This document shows positions 29,459 through 38,869 of a stretch of 59,255 nt of DNA, one piece after another. The translations under genes and the position numbers were made by a program. The notes under the pieces were generated by a model, which worked only from the letters and a program-made list of their open reading frames with translations, was not told where the DNA came from and made no database searches. The stretch covers positions 1 through 59,255 of the forward strand of contig JBBCAX010000287.1 in NCBI GenBank assembly GCA_051382335.1, in the 5' to 3' direction. Positions within the stretch are counted from its first letter, which is position 1; each line of letters begins with the position of its first letter. This DNA is from Deltaproteobacteria bacterium TL4 (lineage in GTDB: Bacteria; SAR324; NAC60-12).

Positions 29459-30775
29459 ATGCCATCATCAGCATTTTCTATTGAATCTTTAGGCTCTTGT
29501 AAAATCGGATCTCCACTACAGCCACTTACGGGAAAGCAAAAAACTTTTCCTTTTGTTGAGGACGAGAAGCGTATCTACATGGACATCCATTCAAAGGAAG
29601 ACTTAAACACACACCCTTCATTTGAAAAAGCGGGTCCTCGTCGAAAAATCTTTTTTGATCCCTCAAAATCCAGAGTAGGAATTGTAACCTGCGGAGGACT
29701 GTGTCCCGGCATCAATAATGTGATTCGGACCATTGTCATGCAAATGCATTATCACTATAAAGTGAAGAACATTTATGGATTTAAGTATGGCTACGAAGGT
29801 TTCATCGCGGATTACGGACATCAGACCATTAAGTTAACCCCTGAATTTGTCAAAGATCTTCATAATATCGGTGGCAGCATCCTCTCTTCCTCTCGCGGAG
29901 AGCAAGATGTGGAGCAAATCATTGATTGCCTTGAACGCGAAGCCATCAGCATTCTGTTTTGTATTGGCGGTGATGGAACCTTGAAAGGCGCACATGCCAT
30001 CAGCAATGAAATCAAAAAACGGGGTTTAAAGATATCCATCATCGGAATCCCTAAAACCATTGATAATGACATTCTTTATTGCGCCAAAACTTTTGGGTTT
30101 GAGACCGCGTTCTATACAGCGGTTGATTCCATCAAAGCCGCACATGTTGAAGCACAGGGAGCCCCCTATGGCATCGGTTTAGTCAAACTGATGGGACGGG
30201 ATTCAGGATTCATCGCCGCCAATTCCGCCTTGGCCTGTCCTGATGTTAATTTTGTACTCATCCCTGAAATTCCTTTCGACCTTGAAGGCAAATCAGGACT
30301 GCTTTCTACCATTGAAAGCTCCATGCAAAACAAACGCAGCCAGGGCAGACATCCGCATACGGTTATTGTTGTTGCCGAGGGAGCAGGACAATATTTTTTC
30401 AATAACCCTAAAGAAACGGATCTCTCCGGCAATGTTCGCTATGGGGACATTGGACTTTATTTAAAAGATAAAATTGCCGTCTACTTCAAGGATCGCTGTC
30501 CTGTCAACATAAAGTACATTGAACCCAGCTATATGATTCGCTCTGTTCCCGCAAATCCGCACGATGCTATTTTTTGTCATTTTTTAGCTGAAAACGCAGT
30601 TCACGCGGGGATGGCGGGGAAGACCAATATGATGATTGGTTACTGGAGTGGTACTTTTACGCATGTCCCCTTGAAAGAAGTAATCAAAGGCCGCAAAAAG
30701 ATAGACCCCAATGGAGAATTATGGAGACAGGTTGTACAGACGACGGGACAACCTGTCAACATGGAAAATAAGTGA
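29459..30775 (+). CDS. pfkA: ATP-dependent 6-phosphofructokinase
   Basis: TCGGLCPG, IGGDGT, PKTIDND, LMGRDSG and VAEGAGQ. Confidence 0.92.
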   Translation: MPSSAFSIESLGSCKIGSPLQPLTGKQKTFPFVEDEKRIYMDIHSKEDLNTHPSFEKAGPRRKIFFDPSKSRVGIVTCGGLCPGINNVIRTIVMQMHYHYKVKNIYGFKYGYEGFIADYGHQTIKLTPEFVKDLHNIGGSILSSSRGEQDVEQIIDCLEREAISILFCIGGDGTLKGAHAISNEIKKRGLKISIIGIPKTIDNDILYCAKTFGFETAFYTAVDSIKAAHVEAQGAPYGIGLVKLMGRDSGFIAANSALACPDVNFVLIPEIPFDLEGKSGLLSTIESSMQNKRSQGRHPHTVIVVAEGAGQYFFNNPKETDLSGNVRYGDIGLYLKDKIAVYFKDRCPVNIKYIEPSYMIRSVPANPHDAIFCHFLAENAVHAGMAGKTNMMIGYWSGTFTHVPLKEVIKGRKKIDPNGELWRQVVQTTGQPVNMENK

Positions 30776-30794
30776 ACCAGTGAGGAAGATGTTG

Positions 30795-31217
30795 CTATTT
30801 TAGTTTTTTGTCGGCGACGGCTCGTAAAATATCATGATGCGTGACAATTCCAATTAAATCACGGTCCTTCGCGATGGGAAGAGAGCTGAACCCTTGTTCG
30901 AGCATCATTTTAGCAACATCGCTCACATCCTGTTCAGGTTCGATAGAAATCGGGTTCGGAGTCATTATTCTCTTGATGCTAATATTGTAGACCTGAATTT
31001 TATCCAAGTCCTTACCGCCTTCTTTTCCCGAGGTCGCGACGACATTCACAACCAATCGCAAGTCCTTATCTGAAATGATACCCACAATTTTTTTTTCTGG
31101 ATTCAACACCACAAGATGATGAATGCCGTGCTTCTTCATTTTATCCAATGCTGCGCCAGTCGTTTCAGTCTCGCCAACGGTTACAACATTATTTGTCATG
31201 ATTTCTATTACTTTCAT
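30795..31217 (-). CDS. CBS domain pair protein
   Basis: Two CBS repeats (IMTNNVVTV...VGIISDKDL; IMTPNPISI...IGIVTHHDI); start at ATG 31217. Confidence 0.88.
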   Translation of the reverse strand: MKVIEIMTNNVVTVGETETTGAALDKMKKHGIHHLVVLNPEKKIVGIISDKDLRLVVNVVATSGKEGGKDLDKIQVYNISIKRIMTPNPISIEPEQDVSDVAKMMLEQGFSSLPIAKDRDLIGIVTHHDILRAVADKKLK

Positions 31218-31501
31218 AAGATTTCCTAATACGAAAAATTTTTTCAATGATCTGGTGTGCTTAACAAATTCAGTCTGAGGGAATGCACACAACGGTAATA
31301 AAGTAAATGACGGGAATGCATCCTAACTCAATAGTACTAGATCTTTTGAACGAATTCAAGCTACTGTTTCACCTTTAAACCAGGATCCGAAATTAGCAAA
31401 GGGACGCAATGCGCTGATCCAACAGAAGTTTGCGTTTCAAGGGAGTAAACTGAGAGGCTTATGTTTGAGAATTACCCAAATTGACTGGAAGGGAAGCGTG
31501 A

Positions 31502-32287
31502 TTAAAATTCAAAAGACTGCATATGTTGCAGAAACCCACGAAATCCGTCTTTCGTAGCGTTGGGAAGTTCCTCATCGCCATAGTGATAAAGCCAAATCTT
31601 TTGGCGAATTTCGGAAGGCAAACTCAGCAACTGGTCATAGGAAGAGTGAACCCCTAACATATTCTGTTCACCTGTATCAAAGAGCTGACAGTCATGAAAA
31701 ATCAGGTCACAATGATCTTTATGATTTCCAACCAAATCCAAGTCCAGTTTGGTGTCTCCTGTAAAAATAAAGCGTTTTTTAAGATCTGAGCTCCCTTCAC
31801 GAATTCCGAGAGCATAACTTTCCATCATTTTGACGTGATTACTGGGATGCAAATAAATTTCTAAAACTTCCTCCTCTTCAACCAAAGTCCATTTTTGCGG
31901 AGAAAGGGCTTCCGGGTGATAAAAATCACCTAAAGTTTGAGGGGTGACATCTCCTGGAGGTGACTCTATAAACTCTAATCCGCCTCGTAATGAATGAGTC
32001 CAAAGACGATCCAACAAGGTAGCGGTTCCCAGAATTTTAGGCTGCGTTTTAAACACTAGACGAGACATAAACGCAAACTCTTCCAATCCACCAATATGAT
32101 CAGCGTGCAAGTGAGTTATCAAAATATGGGTAATCTGCGCAATAGAGGAACCATATTCAAGCAGAGAGGCGGATGCCGTGCTGCCACAGTCAATCAGTAA
32201 TTTAATCTTACCACTTTCCACTAGAAGATTGCTATTTGCATTCTTTTTGGAAAAAGCAGAACCGACCCCCATGAAGGTAATCTTCAT
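31502..32287 (-). CDS. Metallo-beta-lactamase fold hydrolase
   Basis: LLIDCG, THLHADH, FTGDT, FHDC and LYHYGD. Confidence 0.88.
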   Translation of the reverse strand: MKITFMGVGSAFSKKNANSNLLVESGKIKLLIDCGSTASASLLEYGSSIAQITHILITHLHADHIGGLEEFAFMSRLVFKTQPKILGTATLLDRLWTHSLRGGLEFIESPPGDVTPQTLGDFYHPEALSPQKWTLVEEEEVLEIYLHPSNHVKMMESYALGIREGSSDLKKRFIFTGDTKLDLDLVGNHKDHCDLIFHDCQLFDTGEQNMLGVHSSYDQLLSLPSEIRQKIWLYHYGDEELPNATKDGFRGFLQHMQSFEF

Positions 32288-32414
32288 TCAACCTCACTTT
32301 GTTTTTGTAGTCAATAATCCTTGGCAATCGTATTCATAATTTACTTTATGCAACAAATAGGCACAAAAATGCAAATTATTATTTTTTTATTTTTATTTCC
32401 TCGATCCCTTGATA

Positions 32415-32488
32415 ACAGGGGGTTCGCTTATTATTAAACAAACATAGTCACCCAACGTGTTGCTCATTCCAAATTGATCATTTTGAAA
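32415..32488 (+). repeat. 74-bp dispersed repeat, copy 2
   Basis: Identical to 9205-9278. Confidence 0.9.
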
Positions 32489-32683
32489 ATAAACTCTCAT
32501 ATTGAAAGAAAAATATTATTATTTAGTGCAATTTTCATCATCCCACCGTTATTCATGGGGATAAAATCGAGAACATTCCAGAAAACATCCACTCAACAAA
32601 TCTTGATTTGTTCCTTATAAAATTGTAGAACCCACTATCATCAAATTAAACACTAATTTAGTGGGGGAACTATGAACGTCTTT

Positions 32684-32895
32684 AGGAATGAGAATTAAAT
32701 AACTTACCCATTTCCACTCCTGTTAAGGAACAAGACTTAAATAAGTTCCCCTTTTAACGCAGAGAGCGCAGAGGACACAGAGAAACGCAGAGGAAATTAT
32801 ATAATTTTATTTCTCTGCGTTCTTTGCGCCCTCTGCGTTAAAATAGAGGCACCGTGCTTTTTACCAAATGGGTAAGTTATTTAATTCTCATTCCT
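32684..32895. mobile_element. 212-bp MITE-like element with perfect 30-bp terminal inverted repeats
   Basis: AGGAATGAGAATTAAATAACTTACCCATTT (32684-32713) and its reverse complement (32866-32895); internal TTTTAACGCAGAG...CTCTGCGTTAAAA palindrome (32752-32843). Confidence 0.8.
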
Positions 32896-32978
32896 TCGCA
32901 TTACCCCTCCCAACATTGAGGTGATGCTCCAGTTGTTTTTCTATAATCTGCTGAACTCTCGCTGGAGCTTTCACGTTA

Positions 32979-33079
32979 GCCCAACGCTTAGCATGACTGG
33001 CACCCGTTTGAGATCGTCGCCTGTTGAGCCGTCTTCGTGCGCCAAAAATGGCTGTTGGGTATCCAGTCAATGCGATTGT
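32979..33079 (-). other. Integron attC-like recombination site, R'' box interrupted by a group II intron
   Basis: Minus strand ACAATCGCATTGACTGG...CCAGTCATGCTAAGC-GTTGGGC; GTTRRRY R' box; paired L boxes with one extra base in L''. Confidence 0.75.
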
Positions 33080-33697
33080 GTGCCCAGCATGGGCGTGTTC
33101 TGATGGGGTGAAAGTCCCCTATAGGAAAGCCACTGGCTTTCAATGCTAAGGAACCGATCATGCGGCACTGGCGGGAAACCAGCCAGCAAACAGCGAACAA
33201 ACCGTGTTCCTAAGGTAACGAGTACCATGAACTATTAGCGAAAGGCAAGGGCGAAACCGTGAGGGATCGTCTGAAGGAAGCCCTGAGCAAAATGACGAGC
33301 CGACGGACAGAAACCGCATAGAAGGCTCACTTCCCTGGGATGAGTTAGCACAACATATAGTGCTCAAGATAAATTTTGTCCTGGGATCGAGGGCGTCCCG
33401 CCCTCCGGTGAGGGCAAGATGCCCTCGCTCCCAGGGAAAAAACTTTTCTGGACAGCTATACAAACAGGGATACCGAATCGCGGTGGCTATTGACCTGGAG
33501 AAATTTCTGGGATTCACGATCATTGATAAAATGGTAGTAGTTTCAAAGAAGTCCATGCAGCGAGCGTATGCGAAACTACGTGAACTCATTCCCAGAAGAA
33601 CTCATCTTCCGTGAGAAGAGCGAATCGAAAAAGTGAATCAATGGTATGTGGGATGGTCGGCCTATTATCAACTGACTGAATTCCCTCGTTATCTGCG
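33078..33697 (+). mobile_element. Degraded class IIC group II intron (domain I plus RT/maturase remnants)
   Basis: 5' GTGTGCCCAGCATGGGC; GGTGAAAGTCC, GCAAGGG, TCTGAAGGAAGC and GGATGAGTT resemble IIC domain I; peptide GYRIAVAIDLEKF/LGFT...VNQWYVGWSAYY with a stop at 33612-33614. Confidence 0.82.
33356..33460. repeat. MITE/REP-like element within the intron relic
   Basis: TATAG/CTATA ends with imperfect inverted repeats; core CCTGGGATCGAGGGC...GCCCTCGCTCCCAGG (33380-33435). Confidence 0.6.
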
Positions 33698-33699
33698 TC

Positions 33700-33846
33700 C
33701 AATAAAATTGATAAGTAATAGGAAAGAAGTATTTGCCACAGAGATACAGAGAACACAGAGAACACAGAGAACAAATATAATGAAATATTCCTTTCATTTC
33801 TTTGTAAGATATTGATTTCATTATCAAGCCATAATGAGAATTGCTG
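33700..33846. repeat. AT-rich repeat element with tandem ACAGAGA units; ends the intron remnant
   Basis: CACAGAGATACAGAGAACACAGAGAACACAGAGAAC near 33739-33772; AATGAGAATT shared with the 30-bp TIR of 32684-32895. Confidence 0.45.
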
Positions 33847-33974
33847 GCGACTAACTATGTCCGATGAACGTTGATAATAGAAAAGAGATTAGGCTTAATT
33901 TCGGCCATTTGATGTGACGTGCAGGAGATTCCGGTGCGGGATTGTACTCCCGCAGAAGGGGTGGGAAGGGAGCT

Positions 33975-35120
33975 TTAAACCAGGTCGTCCAAATCGCCAG
34001 ATAAACCGGGATCGTTGTCTTCATTCTGGTCCAAGGAATCTAAAGAAAACATTTCGGTGACCAGTTCATTCATGGCTTCTAAAGACTCGTTCCATTCAAA
34101 GCTTTCCATCTGTGCGTAAACTTGGCTAAAGATCGATTTGAATTGTTCGAGCATTTGATGTTGAAGTTTACGATGCTCGGCCTGGATCAAGAACATTTCA
34201 AAATTTTTGGTCACCATACTGTAATTATCCAGTTCATCAAAAACATCAGGAGACTCCGTGACAAAGAACAATTTATAGTTATCTCCAAAAAAGCACCGAC
34301 GATCATTGTCACTCACTAATTGGGTCAAAATTTCGCCCTCCGCGAGGCGTTTGCCTGTTCGGGTGAGGAGCTCTCTCAATCGAGTTAAGTCTTGACCCGC
34401 TCTATTGGAAAATTCCAATTGGGTTTCTTGGCCTTCATACTTGATGATGAAGGGGCGGCTAGTGATTTCAAAGGTTTTGGAAATAATATCAAATATTTTC
34501 TGGGGGTTGCCTGAGGCTACTTTTTTCACAAGGATTTCAAAAGAACGGATCACGGCTTCATTAAAGTGTTTGTGTTGGGTTAAGATCTCGTTCATCGATG
34601 CCGTTCGATGCTGATGTGAGGCGGCCTCGGAATCGGACATGGTTTCTTGCAGTGATTTTTGTGTATCTAAAAATAAACGGAAAATATTTTTTTTTAATAA
34701 ATTGTTGTAGATGATATTAGGCTGATGTTCGACAACGATTACGTTTTCATCGCTTTGAGCTAATTTCTGAAGATCTTTTTTAGAGTTGTTGACACTTGAG
34801 ATGAGCACCAGGAACTTGGTTTGAGCAATATGATGGGCAAGGGTTTGCGTTCGGATAAAAGACAAGGTTTCCTCACAAACCGAACGATTATGATCCCAAT
34901 CAAAAATAAAAATATTGGGTGTAAACATTAAGGCCGAACCAATGGCCCCTTTAAAACCGTCATCGCAATAAACAGAAAAACTCCCTTCTTTGGCTAAACG
35001 AACAATTTTTTCCTGTATTTCCTGAATACTGTGGATTACCAAAATGATGAAATCTTCTGGCATTAAACGGGTGTTTCGCATACGATGAGTGATACCTGTC
35101 GTATAAAGATTTTTTTTCAT
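33975..35120 (-). CDS. Hypothetical protein, possible degenerate receiver-like N-terminus
   Basis: 381-aa ORF; PNIFIFD resembles the REC beta-3 strand; ATGA overlap with the MFS stop. Confidence 0.6.
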   Translation of the reverse strand: MKKNLYTTGITHRMRNTRLMPEDFIILVIHSIQEIQEKIVRLAKEGSFSVYCDDGFKGAIGSALMFTPNIFIFDWDHNRSVCEETLSFIRTQTLAHHIAQTKFLVLISSVNNSKKDLQKLAQSDENVIVVEHQPNIIYNNLLKKNIFRLFLDTQKSLQETMSDSEAASHQHRTASMNEILTQHKHFNEAVIRSFEILVKKVASGNPQKIFDIISKTFEITSRPFIIKYEGQETQLEFSNRAGQDLTRLRELLTRTGKRLAEGEILTQLVSDNDRRCFFGDNYKLFFVTESPDVFDELDNYSMVTKNFEMFLIQAEHRKLQHQMLEQFKSIFSQVYAQMESFEWNESLEAMNELVTEMFSLDSLDQNEDNDPGLSGDLDDLV

Positions 35121-36340
35121 TTTAGCCTGCCCACTGATGAATTAATAGTTTCTACAACCTGGTTTTGAGTCGATGTTTTACCTGTAGAGATCGCGTCCGC
35201 AATCAAAAACGCGGCACCAATGCACATTAAAACGGCACTTGCGATGCCAAAACTTCCATCTAAACCTACCCAGGTCACAAAAGGAGCGGACAAGAGTGGA
35301 GAAAAAAACTGTCCTAAAAAGAAAAATGTGGTTCCAAGTCCGATGACTCGTCCCCGCATACTGTGATTGACAGAGGCAAGAAGCCAGGCCTGGAGATTGG
35401 GAATAAAAAACCCGAACCCAAAGCCGCCAAAGACAAGGGATCCGACAACAAACCAGTAATCCCCGGAGTAAGCAATCCCCAGGTAACCCAAGCTCATGAT
35501 CATAAAAGCCATGAAAAAGATTTGATAGAAATTAAAGCGTACTGAGAACTTGGGATATAAAATAGAAGTACAAACTGAGGAGAACCCTATGGTGGCTAAG
35601 GCCAAGCCTACTTCAATATTACTCACCTCTCCTGAGGCTTTCAAGTAGAAAGGCAGGAGCACCGGAACCATATAAAAGATACTCATTCCCATAAAGGCAA
35701 TAAAAAAGGCGGCAACTAATTGCGGATAGGGAACATGTTCCTTAACGTCCGGATGACTATGGACTTTAGGTTCATGGAGATGCTTGATGATAAAGGGGCA
35801 GACAATCAAGCCGTATAAATACATGAGGAAAGGATTTCTCCATGAAAATTCCGCAATCAAACCTGCGAGAACTGTTAAAACAATACCACTGATCGCGATA
35901 CTTGCCGCCTGCAAACCCAACATTTTGGAAAGCTTGGGTTCTGTGTAATAGTCTGCGGATAACGCTAAAACGCAGGTAGTAATCCCCGCAATGGAAATTC
36001 CCAAAACAGCACGTCCCGCCAAGAGCCATCTGAAGTCATCAAACCAGTAGCCTGACGCTCCCGCAATGCAGTAGATGAGGGTTGAAACCAATAAAATCGG
36101 TTTCCGATCCCAACGATCCAGCAGGAAGCCAAATACGGGCGCACCCAGGCCTATAAACAAAGAGGGGAGGGTCAAAGAAACTTTGATCAACAAAGGGGTT
36201 TCCCCTTGAGCTTCAAAAAATTTGCTTAAATGCGGCATTGCCGGCGCGATAATCACTGCGGCTTGAACGGTCATGACAACGGCCAACAAGACGGTGACAT
36301 CTTGCATCGGGTAATGATTATGATCAATCTTTGTCTGCAT
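35117..36340 (-). CDS. MFS transporter
   Basis: About 12 hydrophobic segments; GFLLDRWDRK motif A; GRAVLGI. Confidence 0.9.
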   Translation of the reverse strand: MQTKIDHNHYPMQDVTVLLAVVMTVQAAVIIAPAMPHLSKFFEAQGETPLLIKVSLTLPSLFIGLGAPVFGFLLDRWDRKPILLVSTLIYCIAGASGYWFDDFRWLLAGRAVLGISIAGITTCVLALSADYYTEPKLSKMLGLQAASIAISGIVLTVLAGLIAEFSWRNPFLMYLYGLIVCPFIIKHLHEPKVHSHPDVKEHVPYPQLVAAFFIAFMGMSIFYMVPVLLPFYLKASGEVSNIEVGLALATIGFSSVCTSILYPKFSVRFNFYQIFFMAFMIMSLGYLGIAYSGDYWFVVGSLVFGGFGFGFFIPNLQAWLLASVNHSMRGRVIGLGTTFFFLGQFFSPLLSAPFVTWVGLDGSFGIASAVLMCIGAAFLIADAISTGKTSTQNQVVETINSSVGRLK

Positions 36341-36398
36341 TTTCTGCCTCGTTTAGTTTTCCAGACCAGTTAAATTGACCTCTTTGATCCTTGAAGGG

Positions 36399-38582
36399 TT
36401 AGGAGTGAGGTCGAAACTTTTTGATTTGCTCCCGGATCTCAGGAAGTTTTTCCAAGGCGGCTTCCCTGCCCAATTCAATCAACCGCCTTCCTTCTTTATG
36501 CGCGAAAAAACCGATGTCCAAAATTTTGGGTCGGATTTCAATATCGGCATAATGAGGTTGGTTGATGATGATTTGGTAAACCATAATGTTTAGAATCCGG
36601 GCAAGGGTGTCTAACAGTGTTGTTTCAACGACAGGGGTTTTAGAAGGTTCAGGCGAAACGTTAACCGTGATAATAAAATCCGCGTCATCCCGGATCACCG
36701 AGGTTGGGACATTATTGACCATGGCACCATCCCCCAAGATCATATCCTTAATATGGAACATGGGCAGCACAGGAGGGGCGGAAGAAGAAGCGCACATCGC
36801 TTCCCAAATATAACAATCGTTAAGCACCGCCTGGGTTCCTGTTCTCATATTCGTCACTACCGGATAAAACGGAATCCCTGTTTCAAAACAGCGTATCTCC
36901 TTAAAAAAGCCCTTTGCCAAACGGATGACATGAGCGTTCCCAAACAAGGATTTGATGGGTAAGTGAAAGTTTAAGATGGTACGACTGGGCGCGTCAATAA
37001 TTTTATCAAAAGCCGCTTTTTGAATTTCGTGCAGCGGCATTCCCAACGCAACCATGGCACCAATAATGGAACCCGCGCTGGTTCCTGAAATGATATCAAA
37101 ATCAATGCCCTCCGCTTCCAGGATTTCTAAAGCGCCCAAATGGGCCAAGCCTCGTGAACCTCCGCCTCCCAAGGTCAAGCCGACGGTTTTTGAGGTGAGC
37201 CAACGCGCGACGACTTTTGAAGCTCGACTCCGGTTGTTATGAGTTCCCCAGCTATGAAACAAAAGCGCAGGATAGCGTTTAAACAACTCAGTCACCCGAG
37301 CATAATCTTCTAATTTGGGAAAAGGCGTGAAGTAATAGACACGATCTGTTCTGGTCTTAAGCGTTTTGAGAAAGTCAGGTTCAGCATTTCTCAAAACAAC
37401 GACATTTCTTTGTCCAATGCCTATTAAAGATTTAATGAAGTTTTCATTATCCGTACTGGCGATGAACACAATTGTATCAAAATGACGGGATTCACTGGCG
37501 GTCCAATTGAGTAACTTTTGTAAACTTTGTTTGGAATCCACGTCAGGCATATACAGATAGCCAAATTCTTTGATCAAGGGGTTTGCCTTGTTATAATTCA
37601 ACTCCGTTCCTGGACTTTTCTTAAAGTATTCATGCAGTTCGGGTTTATCAAGGGTATAAATGAAAAGAAATTTTTCGTTATTGTTTAACCAAAGAAGTTC
37701 TTTAATAATGCCAAAGATCAATTCATGAATACTGGAAATATCAGGCTCTACGATTAAATTGATAACGAAGCTTTCATAGACCTTATTCCTGTCTCCGAAA
37801 ATCGTGGTTAATTTTCTGATATTGTCGCCAAGATACTTGGTCGCTGTGACTGCGAGGTCAGGATATTCATGAAGCAAGTCTTGCAACTCCAACCAACTTA
37901 AACTCCAGAGCTTTGTGTTCATGATGGATTCAGTCGTTTCAAAATAGGGACTGCGACTTAAAACACTTTCGAGTCCAAAGTAATCACCCGCCTGAAAAGA
38001 ACCTAATTCTATTTCGTGATTTCCCAACTTGAGCGTGATCCGTGCCATACCGGACTCAATGATATTGAAGTAGTTACTCTTGTCACCTTCTTTATAAATG
38101 AGATCCCCAGGTTTCATCTCCCGGATACTAAATTTTGTCGCAATTTCAGAAAGTTCACGGTTTCCTAAACGTTTGAACAGCGGAATGGTTTTTAAAATAT
38201 CTCTCAGTTTGGAAACATCACTTTTTTGATGTTGGAACAGACTCAAATATTCTTTGAGTTGGACTTCAGTAATAAATTCTTCCGCGACCAAGATTTCGCC
38301 TATAGCCCTGTGATGCTTGGAAAGTTCTTTATGAACCTCATCCAACACTTCTTCTTCAATCAATTCTAAAGCTAACGCCGCTTCACCAAAAGTTTCATTT
38401 TTTTCCCATTGCCGTTCAAGAATAAGCTTCATGTCATGGATGTTAATCAACCCCTTGGAGAGCGCTAGAACTTCAAGCGTTTCATCAACGTCCTGCTGAA
38501 GTTTGATAGCCTGGATCAGTTGGTTTTGATTAATGACTTTATTCTGAACTAAGAAACTGCCAAAGAGATGTGCTGAATTCAT
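36399..38582 (-). CDS. Patatin-like phospholipase with cNMP-binding domain and MshEN-like N-terminal repeats
   Basis: GGGGSRG, GTSAG and DGA patatin motifs; IYKEGD...GDYFG cNMP domain; LFGSFLV..VI..QL and IGEILV..FIT..QL repeats. Confidence 0.85.
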   Translation of the reverse strand: MNSAHLFGSFLVQNKVINQNQLIQAIKLQQDVDETLEVLALSKGLINIHDMKLILERQWEKNETFGEAALALELIEEEVLDEVHKELSKHHRAIGEILVAEEFITEVQLKEYLSLFQHQKSDVSKLRDILKTIPLFKRLGNRELSEIATKFSIREMKPGDLIYKEGDKSNYFNIIESGMARITLKLGNHEIELGSFQAGDYFGLESVLSRSPYFETTESIMNTKLWSLSWLELQDLLHEYPDLAVTATKYLGDNIRKLTTIFGDRNKVYESFVINLIVEPDISSIHELIFGIIKELLWLNNNEKFLFIYTLDKPELHEYFKKSPGTELNYNKANPLIKEFGYLYMPDVDSKQSLQKLLNWTASESRHFDTIVFIASTDNENFIKSLIGIGQRNVVVLRNAEPDFLKTLKTRTDRVYYFTPFPKLEDYARVTELFKRYPALLFHSWGTHNNRSRASKVVARWLTSKTVGLTLGGGGSRGLAHLGALEILEAEGIDFDIISGTSAGSIIGAMVALGMPLHEIQKAAFDKIIDAPSRTILNFHLPIKSLFGNAHVIRLAKGFFKEIRCFETGIPFYPVVTNMRTGTQAVLNDCYIWEAMCASSSAPPVLPMFHIKDMILGDGAMVNNVPTSVIRDDADFIITVNVSPEPSKTPVVETTLLDTLARILNIMVYQIIINQPHYADIEIRPKILDIGFFAHKEGRRLIELGREAALEKLPEIREQIKKFRPHS

Positions 38583-38869
38583 TTTTTACGGTTCTCCTTG
38601 TTTACCCATATAGTGCCGATTGTTGGCAGTTGTTACGATTATTGAGGATTCCTGACCTGAATTTTCATACCTCTTCTTTACTCCTATCCAATTAAGATAT
38701 AAATTCCAACTGAAAATAAAAAAATTTTCATTAATTTTATGTTTTATGTCATAACTCATTGACTTGCTTCCTCTATCCTCGTATTTTCCTAAGAGGAATT
38801 GATCTAATTCGATATTCTGTAAAGGTTATCGGACCCCCCTATTTTACTCGCAAATTAAAGGAGAAACGG

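Noticed and set aside
32888..33827. Several small ORFs on both strands
   Set aside because: Explained by attC, intron RNA, RT remnants and repeats
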